Translations under genes and position numbers: made by a program
The notes under the pieces: model-generated
What the model was told of the DNA's origin: nothing
The model's input: the letters and a program-made list of their open reading frames with translations, nothing else
Database searches by the model: none
Shown: in pieces, positions 10,101 to 18,942 of the stretch
Layout: every line of letters starts with the position of its first letter
Numbering within the stretch: position 1 is the first letter of the stretch
Source: a virus
Taxonomy: Duplodnaviria; Heunggongvirae; Uroviricota; Caudoviricetes
DNA length: 64,000 nt
Reading direction: 5' to 3' (one strand)
Virus record (IMG/VR): IMGVR_UViG_3300044712_000568
Span: 102,155 to 166,154 of that record

Positions 10101-10777
10101 GGAAGTTTAGCCAATCTCGCTAAGGAACCTTCCCCAGTTATTGGATCATATTTAGATAGAGTTGAAAATGAGGTAGATCTGGATCCAGTTTTTTTTAGTT
10201 GTCGTGGAAGCAGCAAAGAACCAAATTCGGAAATGTCTCCTGCCGTATAGTTAAATGAAGGTAATAAATCTGAAAAAGATTCATTGAAAATATCTTTAGC
10301 TATATCTGGAGTAGTTTTTCTAAACCATGGTTTTACTTTAATAGATAGTGGAAAATTATTAAATAGTTTTTCTTTTGGCACCATCATACCAGTATAATCT
10401 CTATACAGTTCTGTCATATATACAGAGTATCCGATAAGTTTTTCTGCTATAGTTATTCCTTTACGTGTGCCTTTAATTTTATATAGTAATGGGGCATGTC
10501 TAATTTGATTTCTCCAAGAAACTGGATCAGTTCCTAAGAGTTTCCAATTAACGGCTGCTGCTAAAAAGGGTAAATATTTTTCTGGGCATGTATCTGGATT
10601 AAATAATTCATCCATTGATGCAATTTTTAAATAAAAAGAATAATAGAAATGTTGCGCTAAAGTTAAAGTCAATAACTGAAGCGGTCTTCCATAATCTTGA
10701 TCGGAATTTCTCCATACCTCTGGAATTTTTAGCCAGATGGATTCATAAAATTCTTCGAAAGAAATTACATTTCTCAT
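7139..10777 (-). CDS. Large baseplate wedge protein with P2 gpI-like N-terminal domain
   Basis: FNPDTCPEKYLPFLAAAVNW...WRNQIRHAPLLYKIKGTRKGI matches the Tail_P2_I-type motif; beta-rich remainder. Confidence 0.7.
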   Translation of the reverse strand: MRNVISFEEFYESIWLKIPEVWRNSDQDYGRPLQLLTLTLAQHFYYSFYLKIASMDELFNPDTCPEKYLPFLAAAVNWKLLGTDPVSWRNQIRHAPLLYKIKGTRKGITIAEKLIGYSVYMTELYRDYTGMMVPKEKLFNNFPLSIKVKPWFRKTTPDIAKDIFNESFSDLLPSFNYTAGDISEFGSLLLPRQLKKTGSRSTSFSTLSKYDPITGEGSLARLAKLPRINVVFKKDLELDHVDSTGRYTDANLNQAVDLFLQFKPFHVYINDLVVMYSLSDYIFGSLLDKTAGTGELSGDAILYREGTDIYVTVQEEDKISYYNQEQLGSCDADNLDSSNTTLFKGNIETKHLMFDLTAATKVIDTSRLTKLGLSLSGYARNYQTAKGLSLWGTSDFSLMSSPDMPGNPTSSILMDSSGTVKYTDVFPEPIYSFLEIPIPFEYSCNLRQLFGTVSTLTFDGFGWPTSISSVTTDPNAFCKDSIVISGKPFSYDPAVCPEIAPISLKGVVSLTDTLVGLTMNYHMYNPTTNSNTTIPLLTGDPVLNLFRALVKENMLIIASAKSGFGAFATILTSKVHYAYDSINNSIILNSKAITNSLIDISHLNFHILYAGLIPTTAGFSLTNSSRNINISDKRIHTKFNRITYVDNSAIQTEIDTAHYSPEIAYDDATGTLIEDYSKTRVFRENLPRLFTRNTLHLEDTGTSYKAVNYNVLSARDTSFWTVYTDPAATLYRGAERLAKTIWANYHNVPFLGSATTAYDSIDTSGTAQLSNRQSFRWLATLENIPVTHPQFFAASRMDTDVRNSLWTRGSAQKLARPYIGSSRASNQGFRQDYALFNRTENLPDYHISLLSNYNTDNYKYSTNSIDYTDMYRNPTIPFTVLPLPNTEAPVSLKAKLINGKIYYPTYIKDNYVSVGYIPQYDGPFDFSAREMYATGDILKLGTYANNFRIDMCPYSGDLLDDFADPAEINIDGLQKNYAQFVVNSPNDSEFVLPKTNIFISWREVNTGNVLGTGLFPLVDYTKVRPSVKVLHNGLEVMYGVWTLASNPTRVLTNSLVLAQDDTISVEYFTVDGVQLPTYPADPLTGLPFSTTPATDSFVIPLGFSVIDKENIYEHTFEHNPIISWYRGDTGDFISVSVSTTPTAIAPSPKLYRELAQPNVTVRKNGIDVAYGTYWDFAAVPNTPVSYRVRFLQSFLHALQPNDSITISYTALV

Positions 10778-10789
10778 TAAACTCTCAAA

Positions 10790-11302
10790 TTAGAATAGTC
10801 TTACTGTACCACAAAAGAAAATACTATTAGTTCCAGTTACTTTACCAACAGTTACTGTACCACTGCCATTAGTTACTCCAACTAATGGAACTGTGTTATC
10901 TACTTTTAAAATATCTCCAGGGGCCCAACCTACTGGAAAAACTTCTGGCGGATAAATGAAATTTGGACAAAATGTACAAATAATGTAAAAACCATCGACA
11001 TCTTTTTCTGTAACAACAATTCCAAAACGATCGTTGCTTCCAAAGCTAGAAGTATTTACAATAGATTCTCCGTCTAGAATCTTCACTACATTATACAGAT
11101 TAAAGATTTCTGCCGAATTTGCAGCTCTTACTTTACTTACAAAGCCACCATAGCTTAAAATATTATTTAGTCTATCTGCATAGTCATACGCATTTTTGGG
11201 AGCTCTATTTAAATTGTTATAATAGGGACTCTCATTTTTAAGTAAAGGAGATAACTCAACTGGAGTTACCATTTGAGATGGGTTATTATGTCTAAGCGCC
11301 AT
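10790..11302 (-). CDS. Putative tail/baseplate structural protein
   Basis: 170 aa; PYYNNLNRAP N-terminal motif related to neighbouring genes. Confidence 0.55.
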   Translation of the reverse strand: MALRHNNPSQMVTPVELSPLLKNESPYYNNLNRAPKNAYDYADRLNNILSYGGFVSKVRAANSAEIFNLYNVVKILDGESIVNTSSFGSNDRFGIVVTEKDVDGFYIICTFCPNFIYPPEVFPVGWAPGDILKVDNTVPLVGVTNGSGTVTVGKVTGTNSIFFCGTVRLF

Positions 11303-13761
11303 TATCTAATCCTTGCAAGAGATGCAGAAACATTGTCAGCTTGTTCTGAGGCAATATACAATATGTCATTTTGATTTAATACAACAATAGCTGAACAACT
11401 TGAACCAACTAATGAATTTATACTAGATCCATCAGTATCATCCTGATGAATGTTTCTAGCTATAACTTGGAAAGTTCCACCGCTATTTGTAGCAATTACT
11501 GTTTGAGTTCTGTAAATGCCTCCTGGGAAGGATGGTCCGACTCCAGCAATACGAGCATCTGATACATTAACAGTGAAGATTCCGGGCGTAGTTAGCTTGT
11601 ACTGCAAAGCTCCACCCTCAACTATGTCAAAAGTAAGTAAGAAGTTTGCAGATGCTTGGTCTGGTGTTATACCTCTTGTAGCGTGTCCCCAACCATTTAA
11701 TGCAGATACAGTGCTAATAGTGGTAGTTCTATTACCAGAATGCCATACTCCGTAAATAGCCTCACCAACTTTACCGCTAGCAATTGCATCTACAGTATCT
11801 AACATATATTTCTTTGTTACTAAAGTAGTATCAGAGTCTGTGGATTCTGTTGCTGAGGATTCTAATTTTACTTTAGCTCCTCCAATAGCTGGAGAAAATG
11901 CTATAATATTTGCAGTAGAAGATACATTAATAGAATCCAACCCAGTTGGTGCATTTAATATCAACGGTGTGGCACCGCTGGTAATAATTTGAGCGGTATC
12001 TGAAAATGTTTTTGACGCTACAATAGTATCTGGAGCAGTTCTTGAAACAAAGTTTGTTCCAATTGCAGAACCGATGGCGGCATCAATTTTATTTTGAACA
12101 AACAAACGGTTTGTTAAATCGGTGTTTTCTCCAGTAGATGGAGTTGCTGCTCTGAGAACTTGGAAATCAGAAGTGGCTAAAGTCTTTAACTCAACTGGAT
12201 ATGCTGATTTAACTGTAGCAGTTACTAAAGTATTAAACTGAGCAACAGTTGAAGGATCTTCATTACTTGTTAAATCCCAATAAAGACTTCCAGTAATTGC
12301 ATTATCTGAATTATTTCCAACTAAAGGAATACGAGAGTTAGCACTATTAGCAGCAGCTGTAACCATTTTATCAACATAAAATTTATTGGTTAATGATGCT
12401 GGATTACTACCAGGAGAAATGCAGTATACTCCTACAGTAGAATCTAAAATTATTGGTCCGTTACTTAATAACGCTAATGCAGTATTTCCAGTAGAAGTTG
12501 CCTGACTTGATAGAACTGTAACAGATCCATTTTGCAGACTTGCCATCGGGAATTGGGCATCTGTATCATTGTATACAACGTCAGCCGGTGAATTGTTTGT
12601 TAGATGGTATAAAAATCCGCCAATACCTTCTGATTTTAATGGTCCAAATACTGCACCAGAAGCAGAGGTTGCGGCTGTTCTTAAAATATTGGAGAAAGTA
12701 GTTGCTACAGTTCCAAAATCAACTAAAGATGAATCGAAGGATGTTACAATACCTGTATTAACAGAAGAATCAAAATGTAACGATGTAGATATTTCTTGTG
12801 AAATTTCAGATAAATTTGAAGATAGTGCCTTAGAATGTAATAGAAAAGACTGAGAAAATCCTAATAAACTTCCTACATTAACACCAGTTGTTTTATATTT
12901 TTGATCTAACTGAGTTGCTGCAGAAATAGAAGGAGAAGAGAAGTGAACTTCATTTAATACAGAATCCAAAAAGGCCGTATTAAAGACTCCGTCAGTATTT
13001 GTTAATGGAAGACTAGTAAAATATACTGGAGTTCTTCCAGGTGTCCCACCAATTGGTGCAGATACCTGATTAACAAACTCTGAAAATGGATAAGATGACT
13101 GAGCAGTATTTGTTAATATGCTTTTAAATATGGTGCTATTTACGTCATTTTGAATAATTTTTGTAATAGTACCAGTAGATATATCATCTCTGTTTTTAGC
13201 CAAGAATCTATTATCGCCTAATACAGATACTTGATTTCCGCCAAATGCGATTGTAGTTGGAGTTAATACTTTACCTACAGTAAGTTGCTGATAATTATAG
13301 TCTGAGTAATAAAGATCGAAATAAATTTCATCAACTAAAGATCCGCCGGGACCTACTTTAATAGCTTTTCCAATAGAATCTGGTAAAAACTTATTAAATA
13401 ATCCAGGAATTGAAAAGGCTGCAGCAAAAGCTAAACATTTATAGGTAGAGTTTCCAAGTGCTTCTATTACTAAATATATTGGAAATTTAGTATAATCAAT
13501 AGAAGTAGCTGGTTGTGAAATATCAATTGGAAAGAGTAAACCATTTTGTCCGTAAAGAACGCAACTCAGCGCGGAAAATCCTCCGGCAGGTTCTGTTTCC
13601 GGATTAGCTATTACTTCCTGATAGAAGCCTAGATTAGCTATTGCCGTATTGATCAGATCTACGTTTCCAGAAATATCATAAAGAGGTCTATTGTCTACCT
13701 CAAAACTGTAGATGTCGGCTGGATCGTAATACTTGACTGTATTTAAAGTAACTTTTGACAT
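11302..13761 (-). CDS. Putative tail fibre / receptor-binding protein
   Basis: Likely start MSKVTLN at 13761. It has repeated K(F)YVD-type fibre motifs (KFYVDK, LFVQNKID, TKKYMLD) and a C-terminal beta-rich C1q/TNF-like segment. Confidence 0.6.
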   Translation of the reverse strand: MSKVTLNTVKYYDPADIYSFEVDNRPLYDISGNVDLINTAIANLGFYQEVIANPETEPAGGFSALSCVLYGQNGLLFPIDISQPATSIDYTKFPIYLVIEALGNSTYKCLAFAAAFSIPGLFNKFLPDSIGKAIKVGPGGSLVDEIYFDLYYSDYNYQQLTVGKVLTPTTIAFGGNQVSVLGDNRFLAKNRDDISTGTITKIIQNDVNSTIFKSILTNTAQSSYPFSEFVNQVSAPIGGTPGRTPVYFTSLPLTNTDGVFNTAFLDSVLNEVHFSSPSISAATQLDQKYKTTGVNVGSLLGFSQSFLLHSKALSSNLSEISQEISTSLHFDSSVNTGIVTSFDSSLVDFGTVATTFSNILRTAATSASGAVFGPLKSEGIGGFLYHLTNNSPADVVYNDTDAQFPMASLQNGSVTVLSSQATSTGNTALALLSNGPIILDSTVGVYCISPGSNPASLTNKFYVDKMVTAAANSANSRIPLVGNNSDNAITGSLYWDLTSNEDPSTVAQFNTLVTATVKSAYPVELKTLATSDFQVLRAATPSTGENTDLTNRLFVQNKIDAAIGSAIGTNFVSRTAPDTIVASKTFSDTAQIITSGATPLILNAPTGLDSINVSSTANIIAFSPAIGGAKVKLESSATESTDSDTTLVTKKYMLDTVDAIASGKVGEAIYGVWHSGNRTTTISTVSALNGWGHATRGITPDQASANFLLTFDIVEGGALQYKLTTPGIFTVNVSDARIAGVGPSFPGGIYRTQTVIATNSGGTFQVIARNIHQDDTDGSSINSLVGSSCSAIVVLNQNDILYIASEQADNVSASLARIR

Positions 13762-13793
13762 TCGTATACCCGTCTCATATTTAATTACCCTAT

Positions 13794-13826
13794 AAAACAA
13801 AAAGCTCCTTGTAAGGATTAGGAGCT
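13794..13826 (-). terminator. Rho-independent terminator
   Basis: AGCTCCT-N10-AGGAGCT followed by TTTTGTTTT, overlapping the TAG of the 13825 ORF. Confidence 0.75.
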
Positions 13827-14115
13827 AATTGCGTATGTCTTTTTCTTTGTTTTTCTTTTCTTCTTCGATCTCTTCAGCTCGTTGGAATAAATGCAAAATT
13901 TCTAAGGGCGTTATAAAATCTGTATAGGAATATTCAAATTTTAATTGGAATCGTAAAAGAATTTGAAGATCTAAAAGATATTTGGAAGTTAAGAAGTTAG
14001 TAAAAAAGTAATACTGAACTGCATCATATCCATCTAAAGTATCTGAGTTAATTGGCGTATCACCGCTCAAAAACTTATAGAAAAAATACGTCAGTAAAAG
14101 GAACATCATACTCAT
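13825..14115 (-). CDS. Baseplate hub assembly protein, gp51-like (start uncertain, possibly frameshift-fused to gp26-like)
   Basis: YFFTNFL...FEYSYTDFITPLEILHLFQRAEEIEEEKK resembles gp51-like small proteins. It overlaps the upstream gene and has no clear SD. Confidence 0.5.
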   Translation of the reverse strand: MSMMFLLLTYFFYKFLSGDTPINSDTLDGYDAVQYYFFTNFLTSKYLLDLQILLRFQLKFEYSYTDFITPLEILHLFQRAEEIEEEKKNKEKDIRN

Positions 14116-14866
14116 TCTGCTTATGACAGAATGGGCATTCAGTCTTTACTGACCCCTTTACACCAAATACAACATTATCAAATGCTGTAGTAATAATTTC
14201 CGCATCCTCTGTAGAAAAGATATCTAATACCTGATCTTTTGGAATAGGAACTGGGAACCCAGTGATGGAAACGATATAGGTTTTCAAATATTCCAACAAT
14301 GGGAATACGCTACCCTTAGTTCCATCTTTAGCAGCAAGTTCTGTCTGCTGTCTAAGGGTATCTTCAATAGCTAGAATATCTTTACGTAAAAGGCGTTTTA
14401 CTTCTACTTGAATGTTAAGACCATGCTCTTCTTGGAATCGAGGTAATGTAACAGTCTTTGTTTTTTCGATAGGAGCTTCAGCATAATCAACTGTAGCACA
14501 TTCTGAAATATCGTAATCAAATTTAAATTGGTTACGGCAATTGGCATTATCGCAAACTTTAACTGTAGATACCTTACTACCGTTACTATACAGTCTAATC
14601 ATATAAACAATATAATTATAATCTTCTACTGTAAGACTAGATAAGTTAATAGGTTCTTTAATACAAGCAGCTAAAGTTCTATCAAAAACTTTACGATCAA
14701 ATTTACCATTTGCCGTAATATGTTTCAATTCTTTAACTGTTAAAGCACGAACATTAATAACTTCTGGAACAGAGGCATCGAATTGTCCAGCAGAAGGTAA
14801 TTTGATCTCATGAAAAGGCGGTAATAATGATGCTAATGAGAATGTAGGAATTGCAGCTTCAGACAT
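14075..14866 (-). CDS. Baseplate hub / tail assembly chaperone, T4 gp26-like
   Basis: PFHEIKLPSAG...INVRALTVKE...LTVEDYNYIVYMIRLYSNG, two Cys pairs, ends in DVFFL. Confidence 0.7.
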   Translation of the reverse strand: MSEAAIPTFSLASLLPPFHEIKLPSAGQFDASVPEVINVRALTVKELKHITANGKFDRKVFDRTLAACIKEPINLSSLTVEDYNYIVYMIRLYSNGSKVSTVKVCDNANCRNQFKFDYDISECATVDYAEAPIEKTKTVTLPRFQEEHGLNIQVEVKRLLRKDILAIEDTLRQQTELAAKDGTKGSVFPLLEYLKTYIVSITGFPVPIPKDQVLDIFSTEDAEIITTAFDNVVFGVKGSVKTECPFCHKQNEYDVPFTDVFFL

Positions 14867-14886
14867 ATGAAAAACTACTTAAAAAG

Positions 14887-16098
14887 TTAAGCTTTAATAA
14901 TAGATGGGAAAATTGTTGTATCACTATATAGTGTATCGGCAGCAGTTCCCGTAACTATAATTCTATTTCTAGAAGCTTCACGACCGCTCAAAGAATAAGT
15001 CATAAAGTCACAAATAATAACCTTACCCTGCTCTCCACCCTTTTGAAGTCCTTTCGGATCTAATACAGTAACTGTTGCAGTTACTTTACCATAAATTGGA
15101 TCAGATAATGAAGTAGCTCTAGCATACTGATAATACTTAGTAATATAGAAATCTTTATATGTAGCTAACTGAGCAGTATAATCAATACCAGAAGGTCCAA
15201 TTGGCTGCAACTCATAGTTGGGTAATCCGCCTTCTAATAAAGTTGGAAAACTAACTGCTGGCCAAGAACTTGTAAAAGTAGATACCTTAACTGCATCAGT
15301 TAAATCTGAATTTAAAAACTGGGTAAAGGTTTCTCTAAGTACCCAACCATTACTATCAGATCCATACACAGCCCCTGGAACAGAATCATTGGCTGTAATA
15401 GAACCAGTGGCAGAATTATACTTAATCGATAGTGGGTTATAAGTTGTTCCCAAATCATCTTGGTAAGTAATAGTTTTAGTAAACTGTAATGGAGTTGCCC
15501 CTACAGAAGAAAGTAAGTCTAAGTTACGCTTTCTAGTCACTCCAAAATTAGTATAATAATTCTTTTGTGAAGCAGTATCAGCAACTACAGTATTTTGTCC
15601 ATCTTTTCCAATACTTATGCAAGTAGTATTTTTAACTCTACCTAGAATCAAATCTGAATCAGAAATAGAAGATACTAACAATAAATTTCCAGTAATGTTA
15701 GTATCTACTTTAATGTATTGTCCAGCCGTACTAGAAACAAGAATTCCAGCCAATCCTAAAACATCTAAGTCTAGTAACTGAGATCCCCAAATAACTTTAG
15801 TTAACCCAGCTCCAGCGGATCCTATAGCCAATCCGAGAATAGCAGTGCTTGGATTAGTTGAGGAATCTGGGTATCTGATTGATCCATTTGGAAGAAGTTC
15901 TACACCCTTCCCGGGTGTTAAAACATCTCCGCTTACTGAACCATGCTCACCATAACCAATACCAACTAAAGACGCAGCTAACGCTCGGATATTAGTATCT
16001 AGTTGATAAATTGGACGATTATCGGTTAGATAATTATATCCGTCAGTTGGAGTATAAAATAATATGTCCGATAAAGTTGCAAAAGGTGAATACATCAA
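14887..16098 (-). CDS. Putative tail/baseplate structural protein
   Basis: 403 aa; N-terminal YTPTDGYNYLTDNRPIY shared with the 11302 gene. Confidence 0.55.
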   Translation of the reverse strand: MMYSPFATLSDILFYTPTDGYNYLTDNRPIYQLDTNIRALAASLVGIGYGEHGSVSGDVLTPGKGVELLPNGSIRYPDSSTNPSTAILGLAIGSAGAGLTKVIWGSQLLDLDVLGLAGILVSSTAGQYIKVDTNITGNLLLVSSISDSDLILGRVKNTTCISIGKDGQNTVVADTASQKNYYTNFGVTRKRNLDLLSSVGATPLQFTKTITYQDDLGTTYNPLSIKYNSATGSITANDSVPGAVYGSDSNGWVLRETFTQFLNSDLTDAVKVSTFTSSWPAVSFPTLLEGGLPNYELQPIGPSGIDYTAQLATYKDFYITKYYQYARATSLSDPIYGKVTATVTVLDPKGLQKGGEQGKVIICDFMTYSLSGREASRNRIIVTGTAADTLYSDTTIFPSIIKA

Positions 16099-16107
16099 TA
16101 ATCCTTA

Positions 16108-16611
16108 TTAAATTCCAATAATTGTTAATGAACCAGTTCCTGAAACATACATTTCTCTAGATGGATTCATAGTCATATTCAAAGTAAATAAATCATCTGG
16201 AGTGGCAGAACTTGTTGGAATTGGAATTTGGAAATCTGCTGGAGGAGCTGTTTGACCAATAGCAGTATTCCATCCTGAAAAAGATATTAGACATGTTGTA
16301 GATGTAGTATTAAATTGAAATTGAGTACAATATTTACCCAATACTACCAACGTCCAAACACCGGCTCCAGGTAATGTAACAGTTTTTGCAACTGGAGCAT
16401 CATCATCAAATGCCGTTCCTATTACTTGAATAATATCAGGATATGTCATAAGTAAAATATCTTTTGCTGTATCTGACACAGATACAGTTTCTTGTGGTCC
16501 AATTGGAAAACAATTACCCTGGGCAGAGCCTTCTACCCAAATAGTTTTAGATCCAGTATATGAGCCATCGTGTGCTGGCAGTGGAGTTATATTTTTTACC
16601 AAATATTGCAT
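16108..16611 (-). CDS. Hypothetical beta-rich structural protein
   Basis: 167 aa ORF with AAGGA SD in the tail module. Confidence 0.6.
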   Translation of the reverse strand: MQYLVKNITPLPAHDGSYTGSKTIWVEGSAQGNCFPIGPQETVSVSDTAKDILLMTYPDIIQVIGTAFDDDAPVAKTVTLPGAGVWTLVVLGKYCTQFQFNTTSTTCLISFSGWNTAIGQTAPPADFQIPIPTSSATPDDLFTLNMTMNPSREMYVSGTGSLTIIGI

Positions 16612-16634
16612 GTATCAGTCCGTCCTTTACTTAA

Positions 16635-18917
16635 TTATTTATATCCGCCATAATATGTGGCAGCTCTTTGAGCCACTGAACTTTTTGGTGGTGGTGGGGC
16701 AGTTTGTTGTTGCTGAGTATCTGGAAATTTTAATCTAAACTTAGTATCTTGTATAACTGATACTAATCCTTTTAGAGCTTCTGTGTTATCTTCTGTTACA
16801 GAAGTTAATCTAGTTTGGGCTTCTAGTAACTTTTCTTCTTCTGTTTGTAATTCTAACTTTTCAAGACCAGCTAAAGAAAATTGACCGTTTTTTCCAATTA
16901 CAATGTCAGTATCTTTTAAACCTTCGTAACGAGCTTGTTCTTTTTTATTTTGACTAATAAATTTAGATAGATGCTTTAGATTTGTATTAGCCCAATCACT
17001 TAAAATTTTATTTTTAGCATCTTCTCTTTTTGCAGTTTCATCGCTTGAAAAATAATCAACAATCGCTCCAATTCCCCCTAATACAGCAGCTCCCCAAGGA
17101 CCTGCAATCATAAAGCCCAAAAAAGCACCTTTGACCCAAGCTGGAATAGCACTAGAAATTGCAGCAAATACTACTTTGACTACAGAAGTTAGTACATCTC
17201 CTAGCATTTTTTTCATGCCTTCTACGAAACCATCTTCAGAGAAAGATACTAACACTTCATCAATCCATCTCATTAATTTATCGATCCATGGCTCTAATTT
17301 ATCTAACCACTCTGATAATCCGTCAAATAATTTGGTAACAAATCCTTTTAATTTATCAACTAACTTACCAAATCCAGAATTTGGATTTCCAATTTCTGAA
17401 ACCCATCGATTCATCATAGCTCCAGCTTTTGATAAGAAATTCTGAAGCCCAGAATTCCCTGCAAAGGTAGTATGGAAAACATTAATTAAAATATTTTTAA
17501 AACGTTCCCAAGAATTAGATAAAGTATCTGTTACACTCTTAAAAGATTTGTCTAGAGCAGAAGATTGCATCTTTTCTGCATCATCTCTGGCTTGTTGTAA
17601 TGCAGCTTTCTGTTCTCTACTCATGGTGGCAAGTTTAATAGCTACATCTTTAGATAGTCCGAACGTTTGTTCTGCTACTTGACCCAAAATATTTAAATTT
17701 CCGCCAAATTGCTTATTTAACATAGCTAATCTATCAGAAACTTTTAACATGGCTTCAGTCTTATTAAACTGATTGCTAAGCATATTTTGAATATTAGCGC
17801 CACCAGAAATTGCTAAAATTGCTCTAAACCCAGATTCCTGTGAGCTAATAAGATTTCCAGCTTCTTCAAATTTACTATTTAACTCCGAAACTGAAATATT
17901 TAATGCTTTTGATAATCCAGTTAAAGCTACTAAGTCATTCATCATTCTATTAGTAGCAGTTTTACTTTTATTGGAAGCAATTAATAATGCAGTTCCAACG
18001 GAATTGATTGCTTCTTTAACATCACCGAATGATATATTTCCAAGAATCCCAGAAGCTTCTACACTCTGATTAAATGCCGCAAAGTTTCCGCCAAGTACTT
18101 TTAAGCTATCTCCACCTATTTTAGATCCGCGTAAGATACTAGAGAAGAAAGAAGCCAATTCTGTATTAGATTCTCCAGTTACTTCATGCAATTTCATAGT
18201 AGTTTCAATTAAACTCTTATTCATTGCTACAGCAGGATTTAATCCAGATACCATGAATGCTTTTACAGTATTAGTAATCTCACTTAAAGCAAAACCATAT
18301 TGTCCCAAACTAGTAATAGTTTGATTCAAGCCTTCATTAAATTTCATTAGGCGTTCTCTTGTAACGCCTCCCATTACTTTATTAAAATCATTTAATTGAT
18401 TCTGCCAGTCTATACCGGCCATAATTAGATTTTTAAATCCCTGTAATAATGCAATACCTAGAGCAATAAGTGCGGCAATTCCTAATGTAGCCATAGAAGC
18501 ACCTGCTGCTACCATGCGACCCATTACAGTGGCACCTTCTCCAGTTTCAAAGAAGATAGAAGTTAAATTAGTAAGACCCTTACCAAAAAATCCTAAATTA
18601 TTATTATAAAATTCCATACCATCAGCACCAGCTTTAGAAGCATTGCCAATAGCCATCATATTTTGTAAAAATCTAACATTATCTGGAAGCAATGCCTGTA
18701 AGGATTTTTTAATTCCTGGCAATTTTCCAAAAAATGTATTTTTAAAATCAGTAGTTTTATTAAAATCCAAAATATACTTTTGGATGGGATCCATATTTTT
18801 CTTAATTTGTTGGGTAGTTTGTGGATCCCACGAAATGCCTATTTTGGCCAAATATTTTCCAAAGACCTGCTCTGAACCAGATCCTTGTCCTGATGGTGGT
18901 GTAGGAGTATCAGCCAT
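16635..18917 (-). CDS. Tape measure protein
   Basis: 760 aa, Ala/Gly/Met-rich helical sequence with two hydrophobic segments; downstream of sheath and hub genes. Confidence 0.75.
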   Translation of the reverse strand: MADTPTPPSGQGSGSEQVFGKYLAKIGISWDPQTTQQIKKNMDPIQKYILDFNKTTDFKNTFFGKLPGIKKSLQALLPDNVRFLQNMMAIGNASKAGADGMEFYNNNLGFFGKGLTNLTSIFFETGEGATVMGRMVAAGASMATLGIAALIALGIALLQGFKNLIMAGIDWQNQLNDFNKVMGGVTRERLMKFNEGLNQTITSLGQYGFALSEITNTVKAFMVSGLNPAVAMNKSLIETTMKLHEVTGESNTELASFFSSILRGSKIGGDSLKVLGGNFAAFNQSVEASGILGNISFGDVKEAINSVGTALLIASNKSKTATNRMMNDLVALTGLSKALNISVSELNSKFEEAGNLISSQESGFRAILAISGGANIQNMLSNQFNKTEAMLKVSDRLAMLNKQFGGNLNILGQVAEQTFGLSKDVAIKLATMSREQKAALQQARDDAEKMQSSALDKSFKSVTDTLSNSWERFKNILINVFHTTFAGNSGLQNFLSKAGAMMNRWVSEIGNPNSGFGKLVDKLKGFVTKLFDGLSEWLDKLEPWIDKLMRWIDEVLVSFSEDGFVEGMKKMLGDVLTSVVKVVFAAISSAIPAWVKGAFLGFMIAGPWGAAVLGGIGAIVDYFSSDETAKREDAKNKILSDWANTNLKHLSKFISQNKKEQARYEGLKDTDIVIGKNGQFSLAGLEKLELQTEEEKLLEAQTRLTSVTEDNTEALKGLVSVIQDTKFRLKFPDTQQQQTAPPPPKSSVAQRAATYYGGYK

Positions 18918-18942
18918 TAATTACCTGTTCTTATAGTTAATT

